A DNA stretch of 64,000 nt from Alkalispirochaeta sp. (GTDB lineage: Bacteria; Spirochaetota; Spirochaetia; DSM-27196; Alkalispirochaetaceae), in the NCBI GenBank assembly GCA_965601925.1, contig OZ271854.1:3744001-3808000 (forward strand). The letters run 5' to 3'. The notes under the pieces are model-generated. The model was not told where the DNA came from. It saw nothing but the letters and a program-made list of their open reading frames with translations, and made no database searches. The position numbers and the translations under genes were made by a program. Shown here one piece after another: positions 38,163-48,000 of the stretch; the first letter of the stretch is position 1; each line of letters begins with the position of its first letter.

Positions 38163-39889
38163 TCCACGGAGTGGCCGCGTCAAAGGGGGTGGGTGTCGGC
38201 GCTGCATATCTCATACACGAGCCCGAGATCCCGACGGACCATATGACGCGACGTTCGCGGCACGGCGCATACGCCGATAGCGCGGCCGGTGAGATGGACC
38301 GTTTCTACCGGGGACGAGAGGTAGCGGTGGCCTACTATCGTGCCATCGTAGAGGTGGTGAAGACGCGCGCCGACGGCGACGAGGCGGAGATCTTCGAAGG
38401 ACATATTGAGATACTGTCCGACGATGAGCTACGGGATGCGGTCAGCCACGCGGTGCATCACACCGACGTCTCGGCGGAGCGGGCGGTCTTGAACTTTGCC
38501 GAGAAGACCGCAAAGGAGTTCGAGGAGCTCGACTCTGAGTATCTGCGTCAGCGCGGCAACGATATTCGTGACATCGGCAATCGCCTCGTGGAGGCGATGT
38601 ACTACGGATCGATCGCCGATCCGGGGCAAATTCCCGAACAGAGCGTCGTGGTGGCGATCGAGCTAACGCCGTCTGCGACGGCCCTCCTGGACGCATCACG
38701 GGTTGCAGCTATCGTCACCGAACGGGGAGGGCGCACCTCGCATGCGGCGATTCTGGCGCGTTCGCTCTCGATACCCTGCGTCACCGGCGCCGATAACGTC
38801 ATGAGGCGCGCTCGGCCCGGGGCGTGGATCGTGGTCGACGGCGGTGCGGGAACGGTTGTGTTCGACGCCGACGAGGCGACATGCGAACGCGCTCGCCGAC
38901 AACAGGACTCCGAGCGCGCGCAGCGAAAAAAGCAGGAACGGTGGGCTCGAGAGACGCCGGCGCGTCTCGCCGATGGACGGCCGATCCACCTGTCGGCCAA
39001 CGTCAACGGCGCGGCCGAGGCCCGTCGGGCCGTCGAGGTCGGAGCCCGCGGCTCAGGGCTCTTCAGAAGTGAGTTCTTTTTCACGCGATGCCCCGACTTT
39101 CCGAATCGGGATCAACAAGCCGCCGAGTATCGCGCGGTGTGCACGCTTCTTGCGCCCTATCCGGTGGTGGTCCGACTCTTAGATTGCGGAGCGGACAAAC
39201 CGCTCCCGTACGTCGACCGGCCGCCGGAGGACAATCCGTTTCTGGGAGAACGGGGAATACGATTCTTAGCCGCGCACCCCGATCGCCTTCGCGATCAAGT
39301 AGCCGCTATCGTGCGGGTGGCGTCGGAGGGGTACGCGATTCGACTGATGATTCCCATGGTGATCGATCGCGCGGAGATTGAGTCGGTACGGGCACTCGTT
39401 GATGACGAGCTCGCTCCCGGCGCCGCCGCCCCGCAGGTCGGCATCATGGTGGAGACGCCGGCGTCGGTGTTGCGTATCGCCGCACTTATCGAAGCGGTGG
39501 ATTTTATCAGCATCGGTACTAACGACCTCACGCAATACCTTTTGGCGGTGGATCGCGGCAACGCCGGGGTCGGACGCCTCTACGATGAGTTTCATCCATC
39601 GGTTATCACGGCGATCGACAGCGTTGCCTCAGCGTGTCGCGCCTCAGGCGTCCATGTGGCGGTCTGCGGCGATATGGCGAGCCACGCTGCGTCGGCTCTG
39701 GCGCTCCTCGCCCTCGGCGTCGACGAGTTAAGCGCCACCGGCTCGGCGATTTCCGACTTGAAGCGGCTGTTCTCCCGGGTTCGGAGCGACGATCTGCGCA
39801 AACTGGCGCGTCGTCTGAGAAACGCCGGGTCAGCCGCCGAGGCTCGGCGTGCGGCGGACGACCTCACCCGGAGTACTGAGGGGGTATGA
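38159..39889 (+). CDS. ptsI: PTS enzyme I
   Basis: GGRTSHAAILARS, EDNPFLGERGIR, MVETP, SIGTNDLTQY, VCGDMA. Confidence 0.95.
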   Translation: MIHGVAASKGVGVGAAYLIHEPEIPTDHMTRRSRHGAYADSAAGEMDRFYRGREVAVAYYRAIVEVVKTRADGDEAEIFEGHIEILSDDELRDAVSHAVHHTDVSAERAVLNFAEKTAKEFEELDSEYLRQRGNDIRDIGNRLVEAMYYGSIADPGQIPEQSVVVAIELTPSATALLDASRVAAIVTERGGRTSHAAILARSLSIPCVTGADNVMRRARPGAWIVVDGGAGTVVFDADEATCERARRQQDSERAQRKKQERWARETPARLADGRPIHLSANVNGAAEARRAVEVGARGSGLFRSEFFFTRCPDFPNRDQQAAEYRAVCTLLAPYPVVVRLLDCGADKPLPYVDRPPEDNPFLGERGIRFLAAHPDRLRDQVAAIVRVASEGYAIRLMIPMVIDRAEIESVRALVDDELAPGAAAPQVGIMVETPASVLRIAALIEAVDFISIGTNDLTQYLLAVDRGNAGVGRLYDEFHPSVITAIDSVASACRASGVHVAVCGDMASHAASALALLALGVDELSATGSAISDLKRLFSRVRSDDLRKLARRLRNAGSAAEARRAADDLTRSTEGV

Positions 39890-41892
39890 AGGCGCGGTAT
39901 CGAAGCATACTACGGCAACTCGCCGGTCGCGAAGGGTATTGTACGGTGGAGGAGATCGCCAACGCCTGCGGCGCCGGAGTACGGACGATCCATCGCGATC
40001 TTCAACACATAGAGCGACTATTGGCATTAAGAGGGGTTCGCTTCGAGCGGCGGCGGGGCCACGGGGTGCGCCTCCTGGACCCGCTTCCGGATGGACTCCC
40101 CGATTCGCACGCCTCCTCGAGCAGCATGGACGTCCACGGTGCGGCCGACCGTCCTTTCTTACTACTCCTCTATCTGATCGCCAACCCCGGGTGGTGCAAA
40201 CTCTCGGAGCTCGCGCACGTGTTTTTCCTAAGCGACTCCTCGGTGAGCACGGCTCTCGGGCACCTCGACGAATATCTGCCGACGGGTTTGGAGTTGGAGC
40301 GGCAGAAAGGCGTAGGCGTACGCATGCTCGGCGATGAGCACGCAGAGCGGCTCGCATTTATGGCCGTCTTCGCCCGCTTCTTTCCGCGCTATCTGCCGAA
40401 CACGCCCGATTCCGACGGACCGCGTCTACTCCGGTCGCTTCGCATCGGTAACGCGGGGCACCTCATTCTGCGCAGTATCACCGCCGCGGAAGAGACGTTG
40501 GGGTACCGCTTCGCGCCCGGGTACTCCAGCATGCTATACAGTTACCTGTTTCTCGTACGGCGACGTCTGCCGGAGGGGCGCTCCCTGGTCCGCCTTCCCG
40601 ATTTTCATACCGATCTTCCCGATTTGGTTTCTCGTGCCGCTCACGCCATGGAGCGGGCGGCCCTCGCCGACGGTATTGTCGGAGTCTTTCCGGAGACCGA
40701 GAAGATCTTCTTGGCCCGCGTGCTTGCCGCGTGCGAACCGTTGGAGCCGCCGAATATCATATCGGGCGGCTTGATCGGCGCGCTGGAAGTGTCCATAGAG
40801 CATACCATCGAGCGCGCTCTGACGCGGGTGGAGGAGTACGAGCACGTATGGCTCCACGATGACCCCAAACTCCTCAACTACCTCCGGCTGACGTTGGCCG
40901 CCACAACGCGGCGATTGGACCTCTTTCACCGCTGGTTGGGAGGATGGCTGCCTCACACTCACGGTGGTATCAAGCGCGGCGACGACACTCATATCGATAT
41001 TCTCGTCGACGAGTATCGCACGGCGCTCTCCCATACGTTCGGCGACCGCGTCGGGGGCGCTAACGGTGGAAACAACGACTTGTATCGGGAGCTTCAGGAA
41101 CCCTACCTTGCGATAGACGCTCGGTTAACTCACGTTCGGTTGCGCCGGGGTGCGGGTATGGCCGTCAAGGTTTTGTGCTACGAGGGCCTCGGTATGTCGG
41201 CGTGGCTGGGATCGATCGCGGAGAGCGTTCTCCCATCCGGCGCGACCGTCGATACTCGCTGGGAACCGGTGGACACTCGCGATTGGGATCTCATCATCGC
41301 CACCTATCCGATCACCGCGGACGATACGCCGTGCGTCGTCATCGATAGCGACAACTCGCCGGAGACGATTCGACAGCGCATCGATGAGGCGGTTCAGTCT
41401 ATCGTACGCGACGGTCCGAGCGAGCGCGCCGGCGAGCCCGCGACAACTTCCACGTCTGGACTGTCCCTGCCGGTGATCATGGCGGTGGTACGGACGTTCT
41501 TCGTCGCACCGTTGGAAGGCTCGGAGGAGGCGATGATACGCGCCGTTGCAGAGTTGGACCGTGGAGACTGCGACGCGCGGCAGCTTCTCGCCGATTTTCG
41601 GCGTCGCGAAGCGTACGGATCGCTCGTATTCGAAGAGGTCGGTATCCGACTTCTGCACTGTCGCTCCGATGGAATCTCGGAGCCGCGCGCCGGCGTCCTG
41701 CGCCCTCCGGACGCGCCGACGATTTTGGTCCTGGCGGCGCCGCGAACCGCGCCGCCGGAACACACCGGAGTCCTCTCCGAAATAGTAGTGGCCATCCATG
41801 ACGAGCCGGGATTTTCACGCCTTCTTTCGGTCGGCGAACCGGTTCGTCTTCAGGCTGCATTGATCGAGTTGTTCAACAAGCGGCTTGTATAG
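39886..41892 (+). CDS. MtlR/BglG-like PRD-containing transcriptional regulator
   Basis: N-terminal HTH (RTIHRDL), Mga-like HTH, EIIB-like VLCYEGLGMS, C-terminal EIIA-like domain. Confidence 0.72.
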   Translation: MKARYRSILRQLAGREGYCTVEEIANACGAGVRTIHRDLQHIERLLALRGVRFERRRGHGVRLLDPLPDGLPDSHASSSSMDVHGAADRPFLLLLYLIANPGWCKLSELAHVFFLSDSSVSTALGHLDEYLPTGLELERQKGVGVRMLGDEHAERLAFMAVFARFFPRYLPNTPDSDGPRLLRSLRIGNAGHLILRSITAAEETLGYRFAPGYSSMLYSYLFLVRRRLPEGRSLVRLPDFHTDLPDLVSRAAHAMERAALADGIVGVFPETEKIFLARVLAACEPLEPPNIISGGLIGALEVSIEHTIERALTRVEEYEHVWLHDDPKLLNYLRLTLAATTRRLDLFHRWLGGWLPHTHGGIKRGDDTHIDILVDEYRTALSHTFGDRVGGANGGNNDLYRELQEPYLAIDARLTHVRLRRGAGMAVKVLCYEGLGMSAWLGSIAESVLPSGATVDTRWEPVDTRDWDLIIATYPITADDTPCVVIDSDNSPETIRQRIDEAVQSIVRDGPSERAGEPATTSTSGLSLPVIMAVVRTFFVAPLEGSEEAMIRAVAELDRGDCDARQLLADFRRREAYGSLVFEEVGIRLLHCRSDGISEPRAGVLRPPDAPTILVLAAPRTAPPEHTGVLSEIVVAIHDEPGFSRLLSVGEPVRLQAALIELFNKRLV

Positions 41893-41981
41893 GCGAACCT
41901 GGGAACGCGCCGTCACCGCACCGCTTGGAGAGTCGTGGGCGACGGTGTGATCAGTTGGAGTAGCGATCGCGATCTGCGGCG

Positions 41982-42659
41982 TCAACGGTGATCCACGTCC
42001 GCCTCAACGACGGCTGAGCTCGAAGACGAGGTCGTCGCCGGTGCTATCGTGGTCTCGTCCTGAAAATATTTTGCAAAAAGCTCCGATATAACGGCATTCA
42101 GTTGCATCGTCGCTCTTACCGCCGAGGCGATGAGTCTGATTTGGTCCGGTTTCAGATTCTGGCTGAGGAGGAGATCCATCGCGCTCAAAATTACCTGGAT
42201 CGGGTTCTTCGTTTGATGCGACATCTCGCCGAAGAACTCCACCTTCGTTTGCTCCAGAGACATCTCGCCTACGATATTTTTCACCTCTACCGGCACCGAG
42301 TCGAGTGCGAGGGACTGACACAGATATTCAAAGGCGTGTTCAATCGTGACGACTCCCAGGAAACGCCCATCGGCGTCGAAACACGGTAGGGCGCGATATC
42401 CCGTTTCGATGAGAAGCCGCGTCGCCGTATCGATCGAGTCGCCGATTTGGATCGAAGGTTTTGCAACCATACAATCGCCGATCAACGTCTTCTTGTGGGT
42501 GAGATCCTTGGGAGTGAGCAACCCGACGAAGCGCGACTCGTCTCGGATTACGATGCACGTGTGGTTGGAGAAAAGCTTCTCGGCGGCTCGAACGGGAGCA
42601 ACGGCGGGTAGGGTGACGAGGTCGGTGACAATGATCTTCTCGACCGTTTCACCTATCAC
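41982..42659 (-). CDS. CBS-pair protein with C-terminal HisKA-like dimerisation domain, no ATPase domain
   Basis: Two CBS repeats (FVGLLT; LPCFDADGRFLGVVT); H-box EMSHQTKNPIQVI. Confidence 0.75.
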   Translation of the reverse strand: MIGETVEKIIVTDLVTLPAVAPVRAAEKLFSNHTCIVIRDESRFVGLLTPKDLTHKKTLIGDCMVAKPSIQIGDSIDTATRLLIETGYRALPCFDADGRFLGVVTIEHAFEYLCQSLALDSVPVEVKNIVGEMSLEQTKVEFFGEMSHQTKNPIQVILSAMDLLLSQNLKPDQIRLIASAVRATMQLNAVISELFAKYFQDETTIAPATTSSSSSAVVEADVDHR

Positions 42660-43000
42660 TACAACTCGATACCTTCCGTAAAACGTCGAACGGTAAAATT
42701 GACGTTTACCGCCTCGCTCTCGTCGAGAAAGGGGAACACGTGCTCGGCGAGCACCTTCTCGACCTGCGGATACGCCAAACGTCTCACTACCTGCTTACTG
42801 ACGACCACCGAACCGATGTTCGGATGCTTGGGATTGTCCACATCATAAAAGTCGTACTGATCCGGTACCAAGAATCTGAACGACTCAAAGATGCCGAGTT
42901 TGCCGTGTGTATAGCGACTCCCGAGCACGAGTATGTCGGTCACCGGCGGCAACTTAACCGCTTCAAAGTCCAATCTCACCTCGTATCGATATTGCGGCAT
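42659..43000 (-). CDS. Hypothetical protein coupled to the CBS gene
   Basis: GGAGG SD; stop overlaps the next start codon. Confidence 0.7.
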   Translation of the reverse strand: MPQYRYEVRLDFEAVKLPPVTDILVLGSRYTHGKLGIFESFRFLVPDQYDFYDVDNPKHPNIGSVVVSKQVVRRLAYPQVEKVLAEHVFPFLDESEAVNVNFTVRRFTEGIEL

Positions 43001-43161
43001 TATCGACGACCTCCATAGCGCGCAAGATACTCAGTTATTCCACTTATCCGGGCAACGTAAACAGTATTTCATACTAAGCATAGAATTGTAAAATGATAAT
43101 AAAGAGTTTCATATTATGAAATGTTGTCTACGATCGGTATCGATCCCTCGCAGATTGCTTG

Positions 43162-43191
43162 TTGACACGTCCCGCGACAACGTGGTAATTT
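43162..43191 (+). promoter_or_regulatory. Sigma70 promoter of tRNA-Tyr
   Basis: TTGACA at 43162 and extended -10 TGgTAATTT (TAATTT at 43186). Confidence 0.65.
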
Positions 43192-43206
43192 CCGCGTCGA
43201 CTTTTT

Positions 43207-43288
43207 GGGGAGTTTCCGGAGCGGTCAAACGGGGCAGACTGTAAATCTGTTGGCTACGCCTTCGCAGGTTCGAATCCTGCACTCCCCA
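43207..43288 (+). tRNA. tRNA-Tyr(GTA), CCA not encoded
   Basis: GGGGAGT/ACTCCCC acceptor stem, anticodon arm GCAGA-CTGTAAA-TCTGT, long variable arm, GGTTCGAATCC T-arm. Confidence 0.97.
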
Positions 43289-43290
43289 TC

Positions 43291-43329
43291 TCCTTCGCGA
43301 TCACACGGCGTCGCGAGGGATTTTTTTTT
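43291..43329 (+). terminator. Rho-independent terminator
   Basis: TCCTTCGCGA...TCGCGAGGGA hairpin followed by T9. Confidence 0.88.
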
Positions 43330-43341
43330 GCCTCTTATGGT

Positions 43342-43821
43342 ATGATGGCGGTGATGATGCAACCTTCCTTTTGGAATCGCGGCCTCCGTTTCGTATGTAC
43401 CCAATGCTCTCGATGCTGTCGGCATGACAGCGGGTACGTCTTTCTATCCGAAGACGATCTGAAACGGTTGTTGCAGTTCACCGGTCTTATGCGGGAGGAG
43501 TTTATCGTCCGTTACGCCGCGTGGGCCCCATTCGGTATTGAGGACCACCTGTCGCTTGCCGAACAAGACAATAAAGATTGTGTCTTCTGGAAGGACGGTG
43601 GATGCTCCGTGTATCCCGCGCGACCCTTGCAATGTAGGACGTATCCGTTTTGGTCGCATATTGTGGATTCCGAAGAGCATTGGGCGCGTGAGGCGTCCGA
43701 ATGTCCCGGAATAGATATCGGGCCGTCTCGTAACGGCGAGGATATCTCTGCGGCACTGCATGCGCGTCGCGCCGCGCCGCCGATCCATCGTCCGCGTGAG
43801 ACCGGATGGAGAGGCGAATGA
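43342..43821 (+). CDS. YkgJ-family Cys-cluster (CxxCxxCC) protein
   Basis: FVCTQCSRCC, DCVFW, CSVYPARPLQCRTYPFW, CPGI. Confidence 0.9.
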   Translation: MMAVMMQPSFWNRGLRFVCTQCSRCCRHDSGYVFLSEDDLKRLLQFTGLMREEFIVRYAAWAPFGIEDHLSLAEQDNKDCVFWKDGGCSVYPARPLQCRTYPFWSHIVDSEEHWAREASECPGIDIGPSRNGEDISAALHARRAAPPIHRPRETGWRGE

Positions 43822-44762
43822 AGTTTACCGTGTGGGGTGCACGGGGTTCTCATCCCGTTCCGCTCACCCCTCAAGCTATACGAAGCAAGATCGCGACCGT
43901 CGTACAGCGCATCCGTCCCGGCGATCTGGTGAACTCCGATTCGCGCGAGCGTTTTTTGGCCTCGCTCCCGGCGTGGCTGTTCGGTACTACGAGCGGCAAC
44001 ACGGCGTGTGTGCAGCTGGAGTTGGACGAGTCCGGTCGACAGTTCATTTTCGATGCGGGAAGCGGCATCATCGGGCTCGGTTCGTCGCTGACTCACGCTG
44101 CGGTGATGCCGACCGAGTTTCATATCTTTTTCACCCACTTCCACTACGACCACGTGCAAGGATTGCCGTTCTTTATGCACGCGTACAATCCGAGCATACC
44201 GATACACTTTTACAGTCCCCTCGACGGCCTCGAGGCGATTCTGTCGCGCCAGATGCACCATCCCTATTTCCCGGTTACGATGGAAGATCGAATGTCCAAT
44301 CTACATTTTCACCAAATCTCTCCCGACGGGGTCGATTTGTACGACGCGGCCGTCCGGTGGAGGGAGCTTAACCATCCGGGGCGCGCTTTCGGATATCGCG
44401 TCGACTACCGTGGTCGCAGTTTTGCCTACGTAACCGACGTAGAGCTTCAGGAGGGCGATTTCACAAAGACCGCTGAAAACGCGCGGTTCTTTCGAGACGT
44501 CGATGCGATGATCCTCGATACGCAGTACACTCTCGATGAGGCGATCGAGAAGTATAACTGGGGGCACTCATCCTTTAGTTTGGGTGTCGACTTTGCCGTC
44601 GCGTGGGGAGTAAAGCGACTGTTCATGTTTCACCACGAACCGACGTACGACGACAAGAAACTCGACCAGAACGTGAACTCGGCGCGGTGGTATGCCAACC
44701 GGAGCGGTGGAGATACACTCGAGATCGACTTGGCGCGGGAGGGCGTTACCATCGATGTCTGA
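43818..44762 (+). CDS. MBL-fold metallo-hydrolase
   Basis: WGARGS, DAGSG, THFHYDHVQG, YVTD, WGHS, FHHEP. Confidence 0.9.
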   Translation: MKFTVWGARGSHPVPLTPQAIRSKIATVVQRIRPGDLVNSDSRERFLASLPAWLFGTTSGNTACVQLELDESGRQFIFDAGSGIIGLGSSLTHAAVMPTEFHIFFTHFHYDHVQGLPFFMHAYNPSIPIHFYSPLDGLEAILSRQMHHPYFPVTMEDRMSNLHFHQISPDGVDLYDAAVRWRELNHPGRAFGYRVDYRGRSFAYVTDVELQEGDFTKTAENARFFRDVDAMILDTQYTLDEAIEKYNWGHSSFSLGVDFAVAWGVKRLFMFHHEPTYDDKKLDQNVNSARWYANRSGGDTLEIDLAREGVTIDV

Positions 44763-44946
44763 CCGAGCGCCGTCGGAGTTTTCCATGGACGACGGGGAGC
44801 AACGAGAGCTGTTCGTTTTTTTGAATCGAAGTTGTGAAACCCTTAGTCCTACCCTGTGCGAGGTACTGCGTCGCCTCGAGCGCGAGCTCTACCGCCGACT
44901 CTCGATCGCCGACATGGAAGAGCTCATAAAAAAGTCGACCGAATAA
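44755..44946 (+). CDS. Small hypothetical protein
   Basis: Overlaps the MBL gene stop; helical sequence; operon orientation. Confidence 0.5.
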   Translation: MSDRAPSEFSMDDGEQRELFVFLNRSCETLSPTLCEVLRRLERELYRRLSIADMEELIKKSTE

Positions 44947-45028
44947 CGTGTAGTTCGACGCGTGGGGAGGGGAAGCGCCGAGGAATGATAACACTCGCCG
45001 GGCGTGATACATATCGGGAACGAGCGCT

Positions 45029-48000
45029 ATGAATACATCGATAGTGAAGCATACTTCGACCGTTGTCCGTCGTATCGGTCTTCTCATGATTGCGATCCTC
45101 GTGGGAGCGGCTTCCCTTGCGGCCGATGAGTCGGACCCCGCGGAGACCTACCGACCGACGTTGTGGCGGCCCCGCACACTGGGCGCTTCGGTCGGCTCGT
45201 TCGCAGGAGACGATGATCCACTTTCGATGTTGTGGCTTCCCCATCTCACCGCCGGTACGCGGGAAACACGTGTCGCCGCCTCCGGAGGGATAGCGCTCGG
45301 CGACGGAACGACGGGCGGTGCAACGGCGATTACGGTACCCGGTCGGCGCTTCGCCTGGACCGGCGGAGTAGGATTTCTCGGTGACGACGACGGCACAATC
45401 GTCCACGGATCGGTCGGCGGTGCGCGTCCGTTGGGCGCTCGCCTGAGCGCCGGCGCCTCTTTCGGTGCAACCGTTGCCGCCGGCGACGGCGCCGCCGAGG
45501 TAGGCCTCGGTATCGATGTCGGAGCGCGATACCGACTACCGCCGGTCGGTGCGATCTCGCGTGTCGAGGTGCACGCGGCGATGCTCGATATCGGAACCGC
45601 GGCGCGTAGAGAGCCGTTTGAGCCGCTTATTGCACCCTTCACGCCCTACGTCGGTGTGCGTGCCCGCATCGTAGAGAACGAATCACTTGCGATCGACGTA
45701 TCCGCGGCAGTGCGTTCGGAGAGCTTTGCGCAAACGTGGATCGAGACGGTCGGCGCGATCCATATTGCTCGCCGTGTATCGGTTACGATGGGCCTCAATA
45801 CGCCGCTCGAAACGGATGCTGAACGTGTGTGGCCGGGAATCTCGGTCGGCGCCGCGATACCGCTCGGCACCGGCGAGACGCGCGCTTCGGCCGCGGCGCA
45901 GCCCACAACCGACGGGTCGGCCCTCTTGGCCGGTGAGTTCGCGGCGGTATTTCCGTCGACCGATCGCGCCACACCCGAAGCGCGTTTCGCGGTGGTCGAG
46001 CCCGATTCGGATCGAGCGAGAATCGGAGTCGGGGCGTCGCTTCGAGGGGATGTCACACGCGTATACTTGGCGCCCCTTTCCGGTCTGGAGCAGGTCGTCG
46101 TCGAGGTGAGCACGGAAGACGACTTGTGGATCGGCGGTATCGAGGCGGCACTCTTTGCATCGGACGGGACTGAGATTCGCACTTGGAGCATGCAACCGCT
46201 GGGAGATCCGACCGTCCTCGGTGATATCTCCGAACGATTGACGTCCGATCTCAACCATCGCTCCTTTTCCGCGGAAGTGGTGTGGGGTGTCGCCGACGCG
46301 CCCTCCGACGGACGCTATCGTCTCGAGTTGTCCGCGTTCGATGCGGCGGATAATCGTCGCGATATGCCGGACATCGAGATCGTCGTCGATCGTACGCCGC
46401 CGAGCCTTTCGATGCATCTTGACCTTCTCGCCGCGCGCGACAACGAGTCGTCGAATCCACTCGTCTCGGTGATTGTCACCGATGACGTAACCGGAGAAGA
46501 GGTGCCGATCGCCTTGGACCCCGATGGGGAGCTCTCCGTCGAGTTGCACTATGATGACGCCGAACGAATCGAAGTCGACGTCGTAGATCAGGCGTATCGC
46601 CGCCTCTTTTCCCTTCCCGTCGTACCCGAGACGAACGGTAGGCACGACACGCTGGTGGCGGTGTGGTCGGGGCAGGATGAACACGGACGTCGCCTCGTCG
46701 AGGGAGTATATCGTATCCGTGCCGTTGCGAGGGACCGTATCGGCAACACCCATACCGTCACGAGTCCTCCGATCATCGTACGACCGCAGCCCGCCCGATT
46801 CAGTCTGGCCGTCTCCGATCGCATCGTCTCACCGAACGGAGACGGACTGAGGGACGCGTTGACGGTGCTCCCGGAGCTTCAACCCATCGCGGGTCTTTCG
46901 GAATGGAAAATCGAGTTGCGTCGCATCGACGAGGAAACGAGCGTCCGCGAATGGTCGGGGATTGACCTGCCGCCCGAGCGACTCTCCTTGGACCGACGGA
47001 TATTGCCAGCCGACGGAGAGTACTATCTCCGCGGGGTCGCGCGCTACCGAAACGGCATCACGGCCGAAGACGTAACCGAACGCTTTATCGTTGACAGCGT
47101 GCCTCCGTCGGTCGATTTGGCCCTATCGAGTCCGATCGTCTATCCCGATCGGCTGCGGGAGCTCGGGATTTTCCTCGAAGGGGACGACACGATCATTGAG
47201 GGCAGACTGGTGCTCCTCACCGACGACGGGCAAGCGGCGGTCACGATCAGCGAGTTCGGCGCCCTACCTGAGTACGTTCCGTGGCAGCTCAACGCTCCGG
47301 ACGGGTCACTATATCCTCCGGGAGAGTACGGTATATACGTGGAGGTCGCCGACAACGCCGGAAACCGGGCACGCTCGGTCACGCGACGGTTTGAACTGAC
47401 CCCGCGCCTCGAGGGCGCCGACCTCGTAGTACAACGCCCCTTTTTCAGCCCCAACGGCGACGGACGCTTTGACGACATCGTCTTCGCCACCGAAATTTCC
47501 GATCGCGCCGGTGCGGGCTCGTTTTCCATCGAGATATTCCGTGACGGATCGGGTGACGCGCGTTCGGTACGCCGATTTTCCGGAAGCTTACCGGCTCCCC
47601 AACGCGTGACATGGGACGGCCGAGACGATCGGGGACTCCCCGTGGAAGACGGACGGTATTACGGCGAGCTCACCGTCGCCTCCCAGGGGCGAGGCGAGGT
47701 CCGTGCGCGTTCTCAGACGTTGACGGCCGATACGACGCCGCCGGCAGCCGGACTGCGACTCGTCGGACCGGATCGAGTTTCGCCGGACGGAGACGGAGTG
47801 CAGGACGAATTGATGCTCAGGATCGATCGCGGCGACGCATCGCGCGTGAACGTCGAGGTTACCGCCGCGTCCGGAGGGACGCCGATTGCACTCGTCGAAA
47901 ATCTCGCCGGCGACGGTATCTCCTGGCCGCCTCTGACGGTCGACGGACGCCCGCTCTCGGACGGAGAATACCGTGCGGCGATCGTCGCCGTCGACCGCGC

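Noticed and set aside
43207..43288. tRNA-Tyr as the integration site of the accessory region
   Set aside because: No integrase and no duplicated tRNA 3' end were seen in the window.
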